Shown piece after piece: positions 1 through 9,598 of a stretch of 64,000 nucleotides of DNA. The stretch covers positions 7,057-71,056 of the forward strand of contig DYOH01000009.1 in NCBI GenBank assembly GCA_020720625.1, in the 5' to 3' direction. The stretch's first letter is position 1, and the number at the start of each line of letters is the position of its first letter. Both the position numbers and the translations under genes were made by a program. The notes under the pieces were generated by a model. That model saw nothing but the letters and a program-made list of their open reading frames with translations, was not told the origin of the DNA and searched no databases. This DNA is from Acetofilamentum sp. (GTDB lineage: Bacteria; Bacteroidota; Bacteroidia; Bacteroidales; DYOH01).

Positions 1-752
1 AGAAAAAAGGAAAATGATGCAATAAAAATATAAATCGCTATAATAAACACGCTAAAAAGACTCCTGTTAAAAGGATTCTTTAAGATTCGCTTTTTGCTTT
101 CTGTTTTGCCAAATACGGTTTGTTTTTCATTCTCCGGATTTGGGTATTTTTTTATGGTAAAAATAAATAAGCTTAAATGAAAAAATAATGCTACATAAAG
201 CAACTGCTCAATATGCTTAAATATCCCAACAAAAAGTATTGCCAATGCTATTCCAAGCATCATCATAATGCGGCTAAACAAAAATATACGTTTTTCCTTT
301 AGTTCTTTATGTTTACCAATAATAACCGGACTATAAAATAACACACTTACCTGTTTCCAGAAAAACCATAAGGGTAAAATAATCAGCGACGAAATGGCAT
401 AAGCCTCATGAAGGGCCAGAAATTTAGGCAAATTGATGACCACCAGGATTAGCACCAAATTTATAATCAGAAATATAAAAACAAAAACCCTTGTCTTTTT
501 AAGCTTAATTAACCATGCTGAAATAAAATAAAAAGGTATCAGCAAAAGCAAATTTCCCAAAAACATAAACGGATATATGGCCGGATCAACCTTATCCAAT
601 GCCAGAAAAAAAATAGGGAGAACCAACAATGGCAATACAATTCCGCCAAATAGTGAGTGAAATAAAAATAAACTTGACTTTAAATTCTGCCAAAAAATAA
701 TTACTTGATTAAAATTATTATCATTTTGCTTGGGCATATATTTTGATTTCAT
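1..752 (-). CDS. Multi-pass membrane protein, 3' end runs off the window (partial, absent from ORF track)
   Basis: Manual translation from ATG at 752 (alternative 737) gives MKSKYMPKQNDNNFNQVIIFWQNLKSSLFLFHSLFGGIVLPLLVLPIFFLALDKVDPAIYPFMFLGNLLLLIPFYFISAW... and stays open to position 1, with many hydrophobic segments. A TAATTTTG -7 box lies at 773-780 on the minus strand. Confidence 0.75.
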   Translation of the reverse strand, partial: MKSKYMPKQNDNNFNQVIIFWQNLKSSLFLFHSLFGGIVLPLLVLPIFFLALDKVDPAIYPFMFLGNLLLLIPFYFISAWLIKLKKTRVFVFIFLIINLVLILVVINLPKFLALHEAYAISSLIILPLWFFWKQVSVLFYSPVIIGKHKELKEKRIFLFSRIMMMLGIALAILFVGIFKHIEQLLYVALFFHLSLFIFTIKKYPNPENEKQTVFGKTESKKRILKNPFNRSLFSVFIIAIYIFIASFSFF

Positions 753-772
753 TTTTATTTGTAACTTTAGCT

Positions 773-780
773 CAAAATTA
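773..780 (-). promoter_or_regulatory. Bacteroidota sigmaA -7 box (TAATTTTG)
   Basis: Matches TAnnTTTG about 20 nt upstream of the minus-strand ATG at 752. Confidence 0.5.
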
Positions 781-807
781 ATACTTTAATCGGAAAAATG
801 GAAAATA

Positions 808-1104
808 ATGAAAAATTATAAAATAAGTACAAGCGAGTTGGCAGAAAACACATACGATGTAGTTTTTTCAGGAAATCTGGATTTGGAAAATATCGAAAAT
901 ATAAAATCAGATGTAATCCATTTACTTGAACCCGAGAAAGAATATGTATTCAATTTTGCCAAGATAAACAACATCGATTTAGCCTTTATTCAATTGCTCC
1001 TTGTTTTGGAAAACGACGAAAAATACATCAATGTTTCCATAAATTTCGAGAAAATTAATGAACACAAAGATTTTCTGCAATATATTTCAAGTAAAAAAAT
1101 ATAA
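808..1104 (+). CDS. STAS-domain protein (anti-sigma-antagonist-like, type usually found in chemotaxis clusters)
   Basis: 98 aa with the STAS pattern FSGNLDLENI...FNFAKINNIDLAFIQLL; directly upstream of cheW. Confidence 0.75.
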   Translation: MKNYKISTSELAENTYDVVFSGNLDLENIENIKSDVIHLLEPEKEYVFNFAKINNIDLAFIQLLLVLENDEKYINVSINFEKINEHKDFLQYISSKKI

Positions 1105-1113
1105 ATTCAAGCC

Positions 1114-1581
1114 ATGAACGAAAATAGCAACAAAACATACGTAATATTTGGAATCCAAAGCGAGCTTTTTGCACTTAGCACCGAAATGGTTTCTGAGGTA
1201 ATCGAAATTAACAATATTACACCTGTGCCCAATACTCCGCCCCACATATTGGGTGTAACTAATTTCAGGGGAAATATACTGCCCGTTATAAGCAGTAAAA
1301 TAAAATTTGGCTTTACAGATGTTGAGTCCGAAAATATAGCTTTTGTGGTTTTGGTTCTTGAGCTTGAAATTGAAAAGCGAAAAGCCAAAATTGGCCTGGT
1401 AGTTGACGATGTTTCGGACGTTTTCAAAATAAGCACTTCCGAGATAAACAATGTGCCTGCAAGCGATAGTAAATTTAATCCGGAATATTTAGAAGGTGCT
1501 TTTAAACGAAAAGATAAATATGTGTATATACTAAATGCTCAAAAAGTTTTTGCGGTTAGAGATTTACAGTTAATGGTTTAA
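1114..1581 (+). CDS. cheW: Chemotaxis coupling protein CheW
   Basis: Motifs V-x-EVI, ITPVPNTPPHILGVTNFRGNILPVI and IGLVVDDVSDV are diagnostic of CheW. Confidence 0.92.
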   Translation: MNENSNKTYVIFGIQSELFALSTEMVSEVIEINNITPVPNTPPHILGVTNFRGNILPVISSKIKFGFTDVESENIAFVVLVLELEIEKRKAKIGLVVDDVSDVFKISTSEINNVPASDSKFNPEYLEGAFKRKDKYVYILNAQKVFAVRDLQLMV

Positions 1582-1632
1582 TTCATTTACCGGATTTTTG
1601 CGGCGTATATTTTTTTGCACTCAATCTTGGTT

Positions 1633-2163
1633 TCATTTCACGCTTAAAACCTGGAGTTCGTAAATTATTGTTGTTCGGGCCGGAATACAATTTTCATCGC
1701 CAATTAATCCGTAAGCAAGAAAGGGTGGAAAAATAAATATGGCTTTATCGCCCTTATGAAGCATTCTAATGGCATAATCCAAACCCTGCTCTACGGGACT
1801 CTTGCCCACAACAAAATTTTTTGTACCCATAGAATCGCTGTCGTAGCACAAAAATCCATTCAGTAAACGAAGGGAATAACTAATTTCCACAGCAGTGCCC
1901 TCTCCTATGGCTAAAGTATCGCCGCTAGCCCTTATCTGATAAAAAAATCCCAAAGGATGTATTTGGGCATTTATCTTATTCTTTGCGCAAAAAGCCTCTA
2001 TTTCGGCGCTGTCTTTTTTGTTGAGATATTTGTTTATTCTGATCAATTTATTCGCCGAACTATCTAAATGTATATTTTTCTGATAGTTTACAGGTATATC
2101 AGAATTACAAGATGCAAGCTGCGCGATTAAGAAAAGAAGTAACAAAATCTTACTTTTTCCCAT
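1633..2163 (-). CDS. FKBP-type peptidyl-prolyl cis-trans isomerase lipoprotein (GldI-like)
   Basis: Lipobox LASC; FKBP motifs GLDYAIRMLHKGDKAIFIFPPFLAYG and IPARTTIIYEL; next to a DHH gene as GldI homologues often are. Confidence 0.85.
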   Translation of the reverse strand: MGKSKILLLLFLIAQLASCNSDIPVNYQKNIHLDSSANKLIRINKYLNKKDSAEIEAFCAKNKINAQIHPLGFFYQIRASGDTLAIGEGTAVEISYSLRLLNGFLCYDSDSMGTKNFVVGKSPVEQGLDYAIRMLHKGDKAIFIFPPFLAYGLIGDENCIPARTTIIYELQVLSVK

Positions 2164-2233
2164 ATTTCTCTAAAATTTATATTTTCCATTATCAATCAAA
2201 TTGCATCATAATCAGGCAACTCAACGCAATGGT

Positions 2234-3316
2234 TTATTCTTTAATTGCTTCGTAGCAATATGACGAAACTATGTCGCTGTGATAATCGTTGAGCAAATGT
2301 TCAAATTTATTGAGCGTTTTTTCCATACCGATATACGAACGTCCTCCGGCGGCATTTAAGTGTCCGCCACCATCGAAATGCTTTCTGGCAAACAAATTCA
2401 CATCAAAATTGCCTTTTGAACGCAATGACATTTTAATTTTTTGATCGTTCTCTATAAACAAAACCGAAAAGTATACTTCTTTGATATCCAATGGCATATT
2501 TACAAAGCCTTCGGTGTCGCCCAACTGATGATTGTATTGGGCCAATTCTTCTTTGGTAAGCCAGATATAGGCTGTATTGTGCTCAGGAAAAAATTTCATC
2601 TTGTGGTTAAGTGCAAATCCTTTCAATCGCATGCGTTCAAAACTGTATACCTGAAACAATAATCGTCTGATACGCTCTTTATCGATATGATAAGCAGAAA
2701 GTTCAGAAATAATCCCATAAGTCCTTGGAGATGCATCGTTGTAGCTAAAATTACCGGTATCTGTCATAATTCCGGTAAAAATACAGCTGGCTATAACTTC
2801 ATCAATTGGGGCAAGGTTCATCTCCAGCATAAATTCGTAGACAATTTCTGCCGCACTGCTAACCTCTATGCATGAAAAAACGTAAGGGGTATTTAAGTTT
2901 TCCGAAGGATTTGGATGATGGTCTATAACAATCTTCACTCCCTGAAAAGAGATTAATTCGGATGCCAGTTTATTGGTTCTTTCCCAATCATTAAAATCTA
3001 CACCAAATAAAATATCAGATTCATCGAGCAGTGCTTTGGCAGCCCCTGGCTGTTGCTCATAAACCAAAGTTTGCTCCACCTGCGGCATCCAGGCATAACT
3101 TTGGGCATAAGCATTTGGTGCAATTACTTTTGCCAAATGACCGGCTTTCACGAAATAATGCTTTAAGGCCAGAGCCGAACCTATAGCATCTCCATCGGGA
3201 TTGCAGTGCACCACAAGGGCAATCTTCTTAGGGGTCTCAAACAAACGAGCCAATTCATCTTTAGAATCAGCAAACAAATTTCTCTTCATGCTGGTGTAGC
3301 TATCAAAATAACCCAT
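2234..3316 (-). CDS. nrnA: DHH/DHHA1 bifunctional oligoribonuclease / pAp phosphatase
   Basis: HCNPDGDAIGS, IDHH, TDTGNF and GGGHLNAAG motifs; start may be the second Met (3289). Confidence 0.9.
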   Translation of the reverse strand: MGYFDSYTSMKRNLFADSKDELARLFETPKKIALVVHCNPDGDAIGSALALKHYFVKAGHLAKVIAPNAYAQSYAWMPQVEQTLVYEQQPGAAKALLDESDILFGVDFNDWERTNKLASELISFQGVKIVIDHHPNPSENLNTPYVFSCIEVSSAAEIVYEFMLEMNLAPIDEVIASCIFTGIMTDTGNFSYNDASPRTYGIISELSAYHIDKERIRRLLFQVYSFERMRLKGFALNHKMKFFPEHNTAYIWLTKEELAQYNHQLGDTEGFVNMPLDIKEVYFSVLFIENDQKIKMSLRSKGNFDVNLFARKHFDGGGHLNAAGGRSYIGMEKTLNKFEHLLNDYHSDIVSSYCYEAIKE

Positions 3317-3385
3317 AAAATTAGCAAATAGCTTGAAGTTTACAAGAAAACTGCTATTTTATGGCCTTATTTAGTTTTAATCTAA

Positions 3386-3868
3386 TTAAGATAAATATTT
3401 TCCATCAAAATTAAACGGCAATAACGATTTTGCATTTTCTACCATATCAATTTTTTGTTCTCCAACCATAATAATTTTTATTGGGTGATTAAAACGCATT
3501 TCGGTTTCAGTAATTACCTGTCGGCATGAGCCGCAAGGTGGAACCGGATCTACAATAGATTTTCCGTTTACAATTACGGCCACTGCCAGGCTTAAAACCT
3601 TCTGCTTTGGATATTGGGCATTGGCATAGAATAAGGCCACCCGCTCGGCGCATAATCCGCTCGGATAGGCTGCATTTTCCTGATTATTTCCTTGTATTAT
3701 AAGGCCATTCTCCAGCAAAACCGCTGCACCTACCTGAAAATGGGAGTATGGTGCATAGGCATTTTCGGCTGCTTCTCTGGCTTTGCTTACGAGTTCTTGG
3801 TCTATTTCTGTCAATTCGTTTTCTGAATCGTATTCATAAACGCGGGTAATAATGTCGCGGTGTTTCAT
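3386..3868 (-). CDS. cdd: Cytidine deaminase
   Basis: AYAPYSHFQVGAA, NQENAAYPSGLCAER and PPCGSCRQ zinc motifs; start placed at MKHRDI. Confidence 0.93.
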   Translation of the reverse strand: MKHRDIITRVYEYDSENELTEIDQELVSKAREAAENAYAPYSHFQVGAAVLLENGLIIQGNNQENAAYPSGLCAERVALFYANAQYPKQKVLSLAVAVIVNGKSIVDPVPPCGSCRQVITETEMRFNHPIKIIMVGEQKIDMVENAKSLLPFNFDGKYLS

Positions 3869-3947
3869 TTGTATCATTTTTTTTATTTTTTTTCCGACAA
3901 TCAAAAATTCCGGTATTAGTCTTGCTTCTATTTATCTGCTTTTAAAT

Positions 3948-4919
3948 TTAGTCTACTTCTAATTCGTATTGCTCTAATGAAAATCCTCTAAGTAATTCAT
4001 CGTTGCTCATTCGTTTTTTCCCTTCCACCTGAATGGCATTCAGCTTAATTATTGAATCTGATAAATGCACAATAATTTCCTTCTTTGCCAGCACATTCAA
4101 GGATATTTTACTCTGTCTTGCATGGGATATAAGCTCCGATTCAAAAATTTTCACAAGCAAACGTTCCTTGGTTTGTTTATGTTTAAAGTAAGTAAATGCT
4201 GCCGGATAGGGACTTAAGCCGCGAATGAACAAGTTAATTCTCCGGGCCGGCCAATTCCAGTTTATCTGGCAATCTTCTTTAAAAATTTTGGGAGCAGATT
4301 TTAATTGGCCGTCTTGGGGCATAATTTGCTCCATGGGGTGTATGTTGCCGCTAAAAATGGCATCCGCAGTTTCACAAACCAGCTTTGCGCCAGTTTCCAT
4401 CAGCTTATCGTGCAAACTACCGGCATTATCTTCGGGTAAAATGTCCAATTTTTGAGCGAAAAGTATTTTTCCTGTATCAATTTCCTGCTGAATAAAAAAA
4501 GTGCTAAGGCCTGTTTCTGTTTCTCCATTAATAATAGCCCAGTTTATAGGTGCGGCTCCTCTGTATTGCGGCAAAAGCGATGCATGTAGATTAAAAGTGC
4601 CCAAAGATGGCATTGCCCAAACAATCTCTGGCAGCATACGAAAAGCTACAACAATCTGCAAATCTGCTTTATAGGCCTTCAATTCGGCCAAAAAACCTTC
4701 GCTTTTCAGGTTTGTGGGCTGCAAAACCGGTATTTGCTTTTCTAAAGCATATTTCTTAACTGCCGACATTTGTAGCTGTCTGCCTCTGCCTGCAGGTTTG
4801 TCGGCAGAGGTAATTACGGCTACCACCGGGAAACCTTCATCTACAAGAGCTTTTAACGAAGCTACTGCAAAATCGGGAGTTCCCATAAAAACAATGCGTT
4901 TATCGTTCCACTTCTTCAT
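3948..4919 (-). CDS. fmt: Methionyl-tRNA formyltransferase
   Basis: RIVFMGTPDFA and NLHASLLPQYRGAAPINWAI; start at MKKWND avoids overlap with the upstream gene. Confidence 0.95.
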   Translation of the reverse strand: MKKWNDKRIVFMGTPDFAVASLKALVDEGFPVVAVITSADKPAGRGRQLQMSAVKKYALEKQIPVLQPTNLKSEGFLAELKAYKADLQIVVAFRMLPEIVWAMPSLGTFNLHASLLPQYRGAAPINWAIINGETETGLSTFFIQQEIDTGKILFAQKLDILPEDNAGSLHDKLMETGAKLVCETADAIFSGNIHPMEQIMPQDGQLKSAPKIFKEDCQINWNWPARRINLFIRGLSPYPAAFTYFKHKQTKERLLVKIFESELISHARQSKISLNVLAKKEIIVHLSDSIIKLNAIQVEGKKRMSNDELLRGFSLEQYELEVD

Positions 4920-4947
4920 ATTTGAAATTCGTCTATAGCGCACTAAA

Positions 4948-6012
4948 TTACTTATTTTTCCAGACATCCAAAAAAACAGGCAAATGATCGGCATAGCCTC
5001 CGTGATAACTTTGCCCGATATAAGTTCGGTTGGTAATATATCCGGTATAGTTTTTATCTACTTCGAGCAAATATGGTGCTGCAAATATATGTACGTCGTT
5101 TACACCGGTTCTGATCTTAGATTCCTGATTCAGCAATGTGCCCGAAACAATAAACTGATCGAGCACTCCCCATTCACCATCGTGCTTATGCGAACCTATT
5201 TTGCCAATGTCTTGCAGGTACGACGACAAATTATACAAATTTTCGGACCTGATATCATCAAAACTCCTTTCTGCCATCAAAGCCTCTGTAAGACTAATAT
5301 TATATGGATAATCGTTTAAATCGCCCATAATAACAATATTTGGATTTCTATCGGCCAGGTAAATAGAATCTACCGTTTTTCTCACCACAGAGGCTACATA
5401 CACCCTCCTACTCTCCGAATTCATCTGGCCGCCCCATCTGCTTGGCCAGTGGTTCACAAAAAAATGGAAAGTATCGCCAGCAGCTGTGCCTGCCTTTACA
5501 TACAAAATATCGCGCGTTTTGCTACCGGGTGCATCCGGAAAAACAATGGCTATGGGCTGAACTTTTATGGGATATATTTTTGATTGATTGTAGAGCATTG
5601 CCACATCAATGCCCCTATTATCGGGCGATTCGAAATGTAGTACAGCATAATCGCTATTCCATAAATGGGTTTTCTTTAATATGTCTTCTACCACTTTTCG
5701 GTTTTCAACCTCGCATAAACCCACCACATCGGGCAATTGCCAGCCACCAACTGCAGTAATTACTTTTGCCGTATTTCTTAATTTTGCATAATACTTATAT
5801 GTGCCCCAATAACGACCTCCTTCGGGCAAAAATTCTTCATCTGTTTTATCTGGCGTATCTATTGTATCAAACAGATTTTCAACATTATAAAACATAAACC
5901 GATAATCGCCTCTCTCGGGCAATTCGTAAGTTATTTCTTTTGATATTTTCTCAAAGAAATTACATCCGAAGAATAATATACTCAGCACTATAACAAAAAT
6001 ATACTTTTTCAT
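4948..6012 (-). CDS. Endonuclease/exonuclease/phosphatase (EEP) family lipoprotein
   Basis: Lipoprotein signal MKKYIFVIVLSILFFGC; motifs YNVENLFD, CEVEN, NHWPSR, GDLND and GGYADHLP; -7 box TATTTTTG at 6042-6049 (minus). Confidence 0.88.
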   Translation of the reverse strand: MKKYIFVIVLSILFFGCNFFEKISKEITYELPERGDYRFMFYNVENLFDTIDTPDKTDEEFLPEGGRYWGTYKYYAKLRNTAKVITAVGGWQLPDVVGLCEVENRKVVEDILKKTHLWNSDYAVLHFESPDNRGIDVAMLYNQSKIYPIKVQPIAIVFPDAPGSKTRDILYVKAGTAAGDTFHFFVNHWPSRWGGQMNSESRRVYVASVVRKTVDSIYLADRNPNIVIMGDLNDYPYNISLTEALMAERSFDDIRSENLYNLSSYLQDIGKIGSHKHDGEWGVLDQFIVSGTLLNQESKIRTGVNDVHIFAAPYLLEVDKNYTGYITNRTYIGQSYHGGYADHLPVFLDVWKNK

Positions 6013-6154
6013 ACTACAACAAAAGGGGTTGATAATTACCGCAAAAATAAGATAATGTTGAAAAGAAACGCAAAACAACTTTCAAAACATGGCATTTTTA
6101 ATTGATTTATCATAAAAATGTTGTAAATTATTCAGGCAAACAAAATCTTAAACC

Positions 6155-8227
6155 ATGAAAAAGCAAATAAATCCTTCAAAAACAACCCTATTACATCATA
6201 TTCAAGCATTTTCGGCTGGTGAAAGAAAATTCGAAAATATTTACGAATCCTTGGTGCGAATGATTCTGGGAGACACCAAACAAATAAAAAAAACTTTCGT
6301 AAACGGCAAATCTTTATACGATTACGAAGTATTACGACAGGGCAAACGCCATATAATTGGCATGTACGAAGAGATAAACAGTTTTGTGTCGTTTATTAAA
6401 GACGCTGCCGAAGGTGGTTCATCAAAAGAAATGGCCTTTGTTTTAATTGGTGAACCCGGAAACGGTAAAACATTTTTTGTAGATTATCTGGGCGCACTAT
6501 ACCGCGATTTTATTGCCTTGCCAGAAAACAGCCGTTATAGTTTCCGCTTTAAAAATCTGGATAAATTGGGTGGATACGGTAAAATTACCACCATGGAATC
6601 GCAAACTTATGAAGATCCAATGATTCTGGCCATGAATATTTTTGATGAAACATCGCTTAATATAGACTTGCTCGAAAAATGGAAACTACAGAGCGAACAA
6701 ATTGAAAAAATATATAAAAACTATCGCCCATTAGGCGCTGATTCTTATTTTATCCTAAATCAAATTAAAGAATACATTCAGGATGATATTTCGCAACTAG
6801 ATGAATTTGTAGAGATTTATAAGGTTCCCATTAGCGAATCCCGCGGAACACTTACGGGAAAATATGCTGCTAAAGACAAAATTACTTCGTCGGCGGTAGA
6901 TCTGCTTGGCGACGAAAGTATTACCCGTTTGCTCCATATCTCCGACAGCAGTAATCCCTATAGATTTGATTTGCGAAGAGGAGCCCTTGCCAGAGTTGCC
7001 GGTGGCGGTATTCATTTTGCTGACGAAATTTTTAAAAATAAGCGCGACTTGGTTCAAATTTATCTTGGCGTAATTCAAAACAGAACCATTGAGATGGAAG
7101 GATACAAATGGCCGCTCGATACTTTAATTGTGGCTACCAGTAATAACGCCGAGTTTGGCCGTTTTCTCGAAGAAAAAGAACAGGCTCCTATTGTTGATCG
7201 ATGCCGTCTGGTGTATATGTCGCACAATACCAATTACTTACTACAAGAAAAATTAACCCGCTATTCCATTGGTTCTCAACAAAAAACAACGCTTACCGGT
7301 CAAAAATTACATATAGACCCAAATCTAAACGCTGCAATCTCTGTATCTTTTATTCTTTCGCGCATGCCTCACCACGAAAAACTAAATCCGGTAGAAATGA
7401 TGAAACTATCGGCAGGTGAAGTGGCCGGCGAAAAAAGCATTCAAACCCTTAACGAAGTTATTAACGAATTAAACACCGACCCCGACATAACCAAACGATT
7501 TGGACAAAAAGGTCTGGGACACCGTAATTTGGGCCGTGCCATTCAGATGCTGCTCGAACGCTCCGAAACCCAGGAAGGACAATGCATGTACGCAGGTGAT
7601 GTTTTTGAAGCCATCGAAAAAGTTATTATTGATTATGTTCAGGATCCAAACGACAGAAACAAATACCTCGAAGATCTTAAATTGGCCAGAAAACTTCATC
7701 GAAAAAATATCATGACTGCCATTTTTAATGCCTATATGAATGAGCCTGATGCCATTGAGAAAGATGTGCTCAACTACGTGAATATGATTATCGGTATTGA
7801 TGCCAAAAATCTGGGAAGTGATAAAATCTGGACTTACAAAGACCCGCAAGCAGGAAAACTAATCTCCATAAAAATTGATGAAACATTTATAAACAGTGTG
7901 GAAGAACGAATGGGTTTAAAAACCTACGAACAAAAACAAAGTTATAGAACAACCATTGCCAAAATCTATGGGCAGAAAATGATTCAGGACAGAAACTATA
8001 CCTTTATGGATAATAACGATTTGGTGAAAGCTGTTACTGATGTGCGCCTAAAATCGGATATTGCCGGAGCCGGAAGTTTGGTGGGTGCTTTATCGAACAG
8101 AACCAACGAAGACAATCAAAGGCTTTACAACCGCATGATAGATACCATGATAAACAAATTGCACTATTGTAATACCTGCGCACAAAAAACCATAGAATAT
8201 TTTTGCACACAGGACGATGCAAATTAA
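6155..8227 (+). CDS. prkA: PrkA/YeaG-family AAA+ ATPase ('serine protein kinase'), paralogue 1
   Basis: Walker A GEPGNGKT, Walker B IHFADE, ATSN sensor, DRC arginine finger, C-terminal HYCNTCA typical of PrkA; followed by yeaH and spoVR homologues. Confidence 0.88.
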   Translation: MKKQINPSKTTLLHHIQAFSAGERKFENIYESLVRMILGDTKQIKKTFVNGKSLYDYEVLRQGKRHIIGMYEEINSFVSFIKDAAEGGSSKEMAFVLIGEPGNGKTFFVDYLGALYRDFIALPENSRYSFRFKNLDKLGGYGKITTMESQTYEDPMILAMNIFDETSLNIDLLEKWKLQSEQIEKIYKNYRPLGADSYFILNQIKEYIQDDISQLDEFVEIYKVPISESRGTLTGKYAAKDKITSSAVDLLGDESITRLLHISDSSNPYRFDLRRGALARVAGGGIHFADEIFKNKRDLVQIYLGVIQNRTIEMEGYKWPLDTLIVATSNNAEFGRFLEEKEQAPIVDRCRLVYMSHNTNYLLQEKLTRYSIGSQQKTTLTGQKLHIDPNLNAAISVSFILSRMPHHEKLNPVEMMKLSAGEVAGEKSIQTLNEVINELNTDPDITKRFGQKGLGHRNLGRAIQMLLERSETQEGQCMYAGDVFEAIEKVIIDYVQDPNDRNKYLEDLKLARKLHRKNIMTAIFNAYMNEPDAIEKDVLNYVNMIIGIDAKNLGSDKIWTYKDPQAGKLISIKIDETFINSVEERMGLKTYEQKQSYRTTIAKIYGQKMIQDRNYTFMDNNDLVKAVTDVRLKSDIAGAGSLVGALSNRTNEDNQRLYNRMIDTMINKLHYCNTCAQKTIEYFCTQDDAN

Positions 8228-8271
8228 CCAATTTTAAACGAATTAAATCTTTGGAAGCGGAGGATTTCAAA

Positions 8272-9594
8272 ATGGAAAATAATCCAAAAAATAAGCTGAG
8301 CGAAGATAGCATATCAAGGGAACTGAAAATGAACGAAAGCACTCAAATTCATTTCGATAGTTCTTTCTACCTGGAACTATATATGACCAATGATTTTGAA
8401 GTGCTACAATCTTTCAATCATCCACATTTATCATCTCAAACAAATCTGAAAACACTCGACGAGTTGCTCGAAAATGATAAACTTAGAACGAAAGATGGTT
8501 TTAGTTCCCGAATAAGGCTGGGTAAATTAGTAAAACCACTGCCAGGAAATAAAACTCAGGTGGTGGTTGTGCCTACAACTACCGAACCAAAATTCTACCA
8601 CGATAATTCCATCACCACCGAAGAGCAATCTACCGGTGGAAGTGGTGAGGGCGAAGAAGGAGAAATTATTGCCAAAAAACAAGCCAACCCACAGCAAGGT
8701 AAAGGCGATGGCTCCGGACCCGGACAAGGAGAAGGCTCCGACCACGAAGTAGGAACAAATGCCTACGATCTTGGGCGAATTCTGACTGAAAAATTTCAAC
8801 TCCCAAATCTTAAAATCAAAGGCAACAAAAAATCGCTCACCAAATTTACCTACGATCTTACAGATATTAATCGGTCTTTTGGTCAGGTACTTGACAAAAA
8901 ACTAAGCTTACGAAACATAATTAAAACCAACATTTTATTAGGAAATCTCGATCCGGAGCAAAATTTTTCGCCCGAAAACCTTATTATTAACCCCAAAGAT
9001 CAAATTTATAAAATTCTATCGCGTGAAAAAGATTTCGAAGCACAGGCAGCCGTTTTTTTTATCCGCGATTACTCGGGTTCCATGTCGGGCAAACCCACAG
9101 AGGCAGTTACTACGCTGCATCTGCTCATCTACAGTTGGCTTATGTATCAGTATCAGAATAATGTTCTTACACGTTTTATTGTGCACGACACAGCAGCCAA
9201 AGAAGTGCCCGATTTTTATAGCTATTATAAATATCAGGTGGCTGGAGGAACCAATGTTTATCCGGCATTTGAACTCGCAAACAAAATTGTAGAAATGGAA
9301 CAACTAGGCAAAGACTACAATATTTATGTTTTCTATGGCACCGATGGCGATGATTGGGAAAGCAGTGGCGAAAAAATGATTAATGCTTTGCGTGTTATGC
9401 TTAAATACGCCAACCGAACAGGCATTTGTGTTGCCCGAAACGGCTGGACAAACGGAGATACAACAATAGAAAAATACTTAAAAAATTCTGGCTTGCTTGC
9501 CAAGGAACCCCAATTTTTGCGTCTCGACCATTTCGAAGCAAACAGCTATACCCAGGAAGTTCTCATTGAGACCATAAAATCATTAATAAGCTAA
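8272..9594 (+). CDS. YeaH/YhbH (DUF444) vWA-domain protein
   Basis: Gly-rich linker (GGSGEGEEGE...GKGDGSGPGQGEG), LPNLKIKG, MIDAS-like RDYSGSM, GGT and TDGDDW; start at MENNPK is preceded by GGAGG. Confidence 0.88.
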   Translation: MENNPKNKLSEDSISRELKMNESTQIHFDSSFYLELYMTNDFEVLQSFNHPHLSSQTNLKTLDELLENDKLRTKDGFSSRIRLGKLVKPLPGNKTQVVVVPTTTEPKFYHDNSITTEEQSTGGSGEGEEGEIIAKKQANPQQGKGDGSGPGQGEGSDHEVGTNAYDLGRILTEKFQLPNLKIKGNKKSLTKFTYDLTDINRSFGQVLDKKLSLRNIIKTNILLGNLDPEQNFSPENLIINPKDQIYKILSREKDFEAQAAVFFIRDYSGSMSGKPTEAVTTLHLLIYSWLMYQYQNNVLTRFIVHDTAAKEVPDFYSYYKYQVAGGTNVYPAFELANKIVEMEQLGKDYNIYVFYGTDGDDWESSGEKMINALRVMLKYANRTGICVARNGWTNGDTTIEKYLKNSGLLAKEPQFLRLDHFEANSYTQEVLIETIKSLIS

Positions 9595-9598
9595 AAAT

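Noticed and set aside
6090..6105. Sigma54-like TGGCATTTTTAATTGA upstream of prkA, tempting because E. coli yeaGH is sigma54/NtrC-dependent
   Set aside because: Spacing is GG-N11-GA, one base too long for the strict -24/-12 geometry.
8203..8271. N-terminal extension of YeaH overlapping prkA (ORF-track start 8203)
   Set aside because: Non-ATG start inside prkA; the ATG at 8272 has an SD-like site and no overlap.
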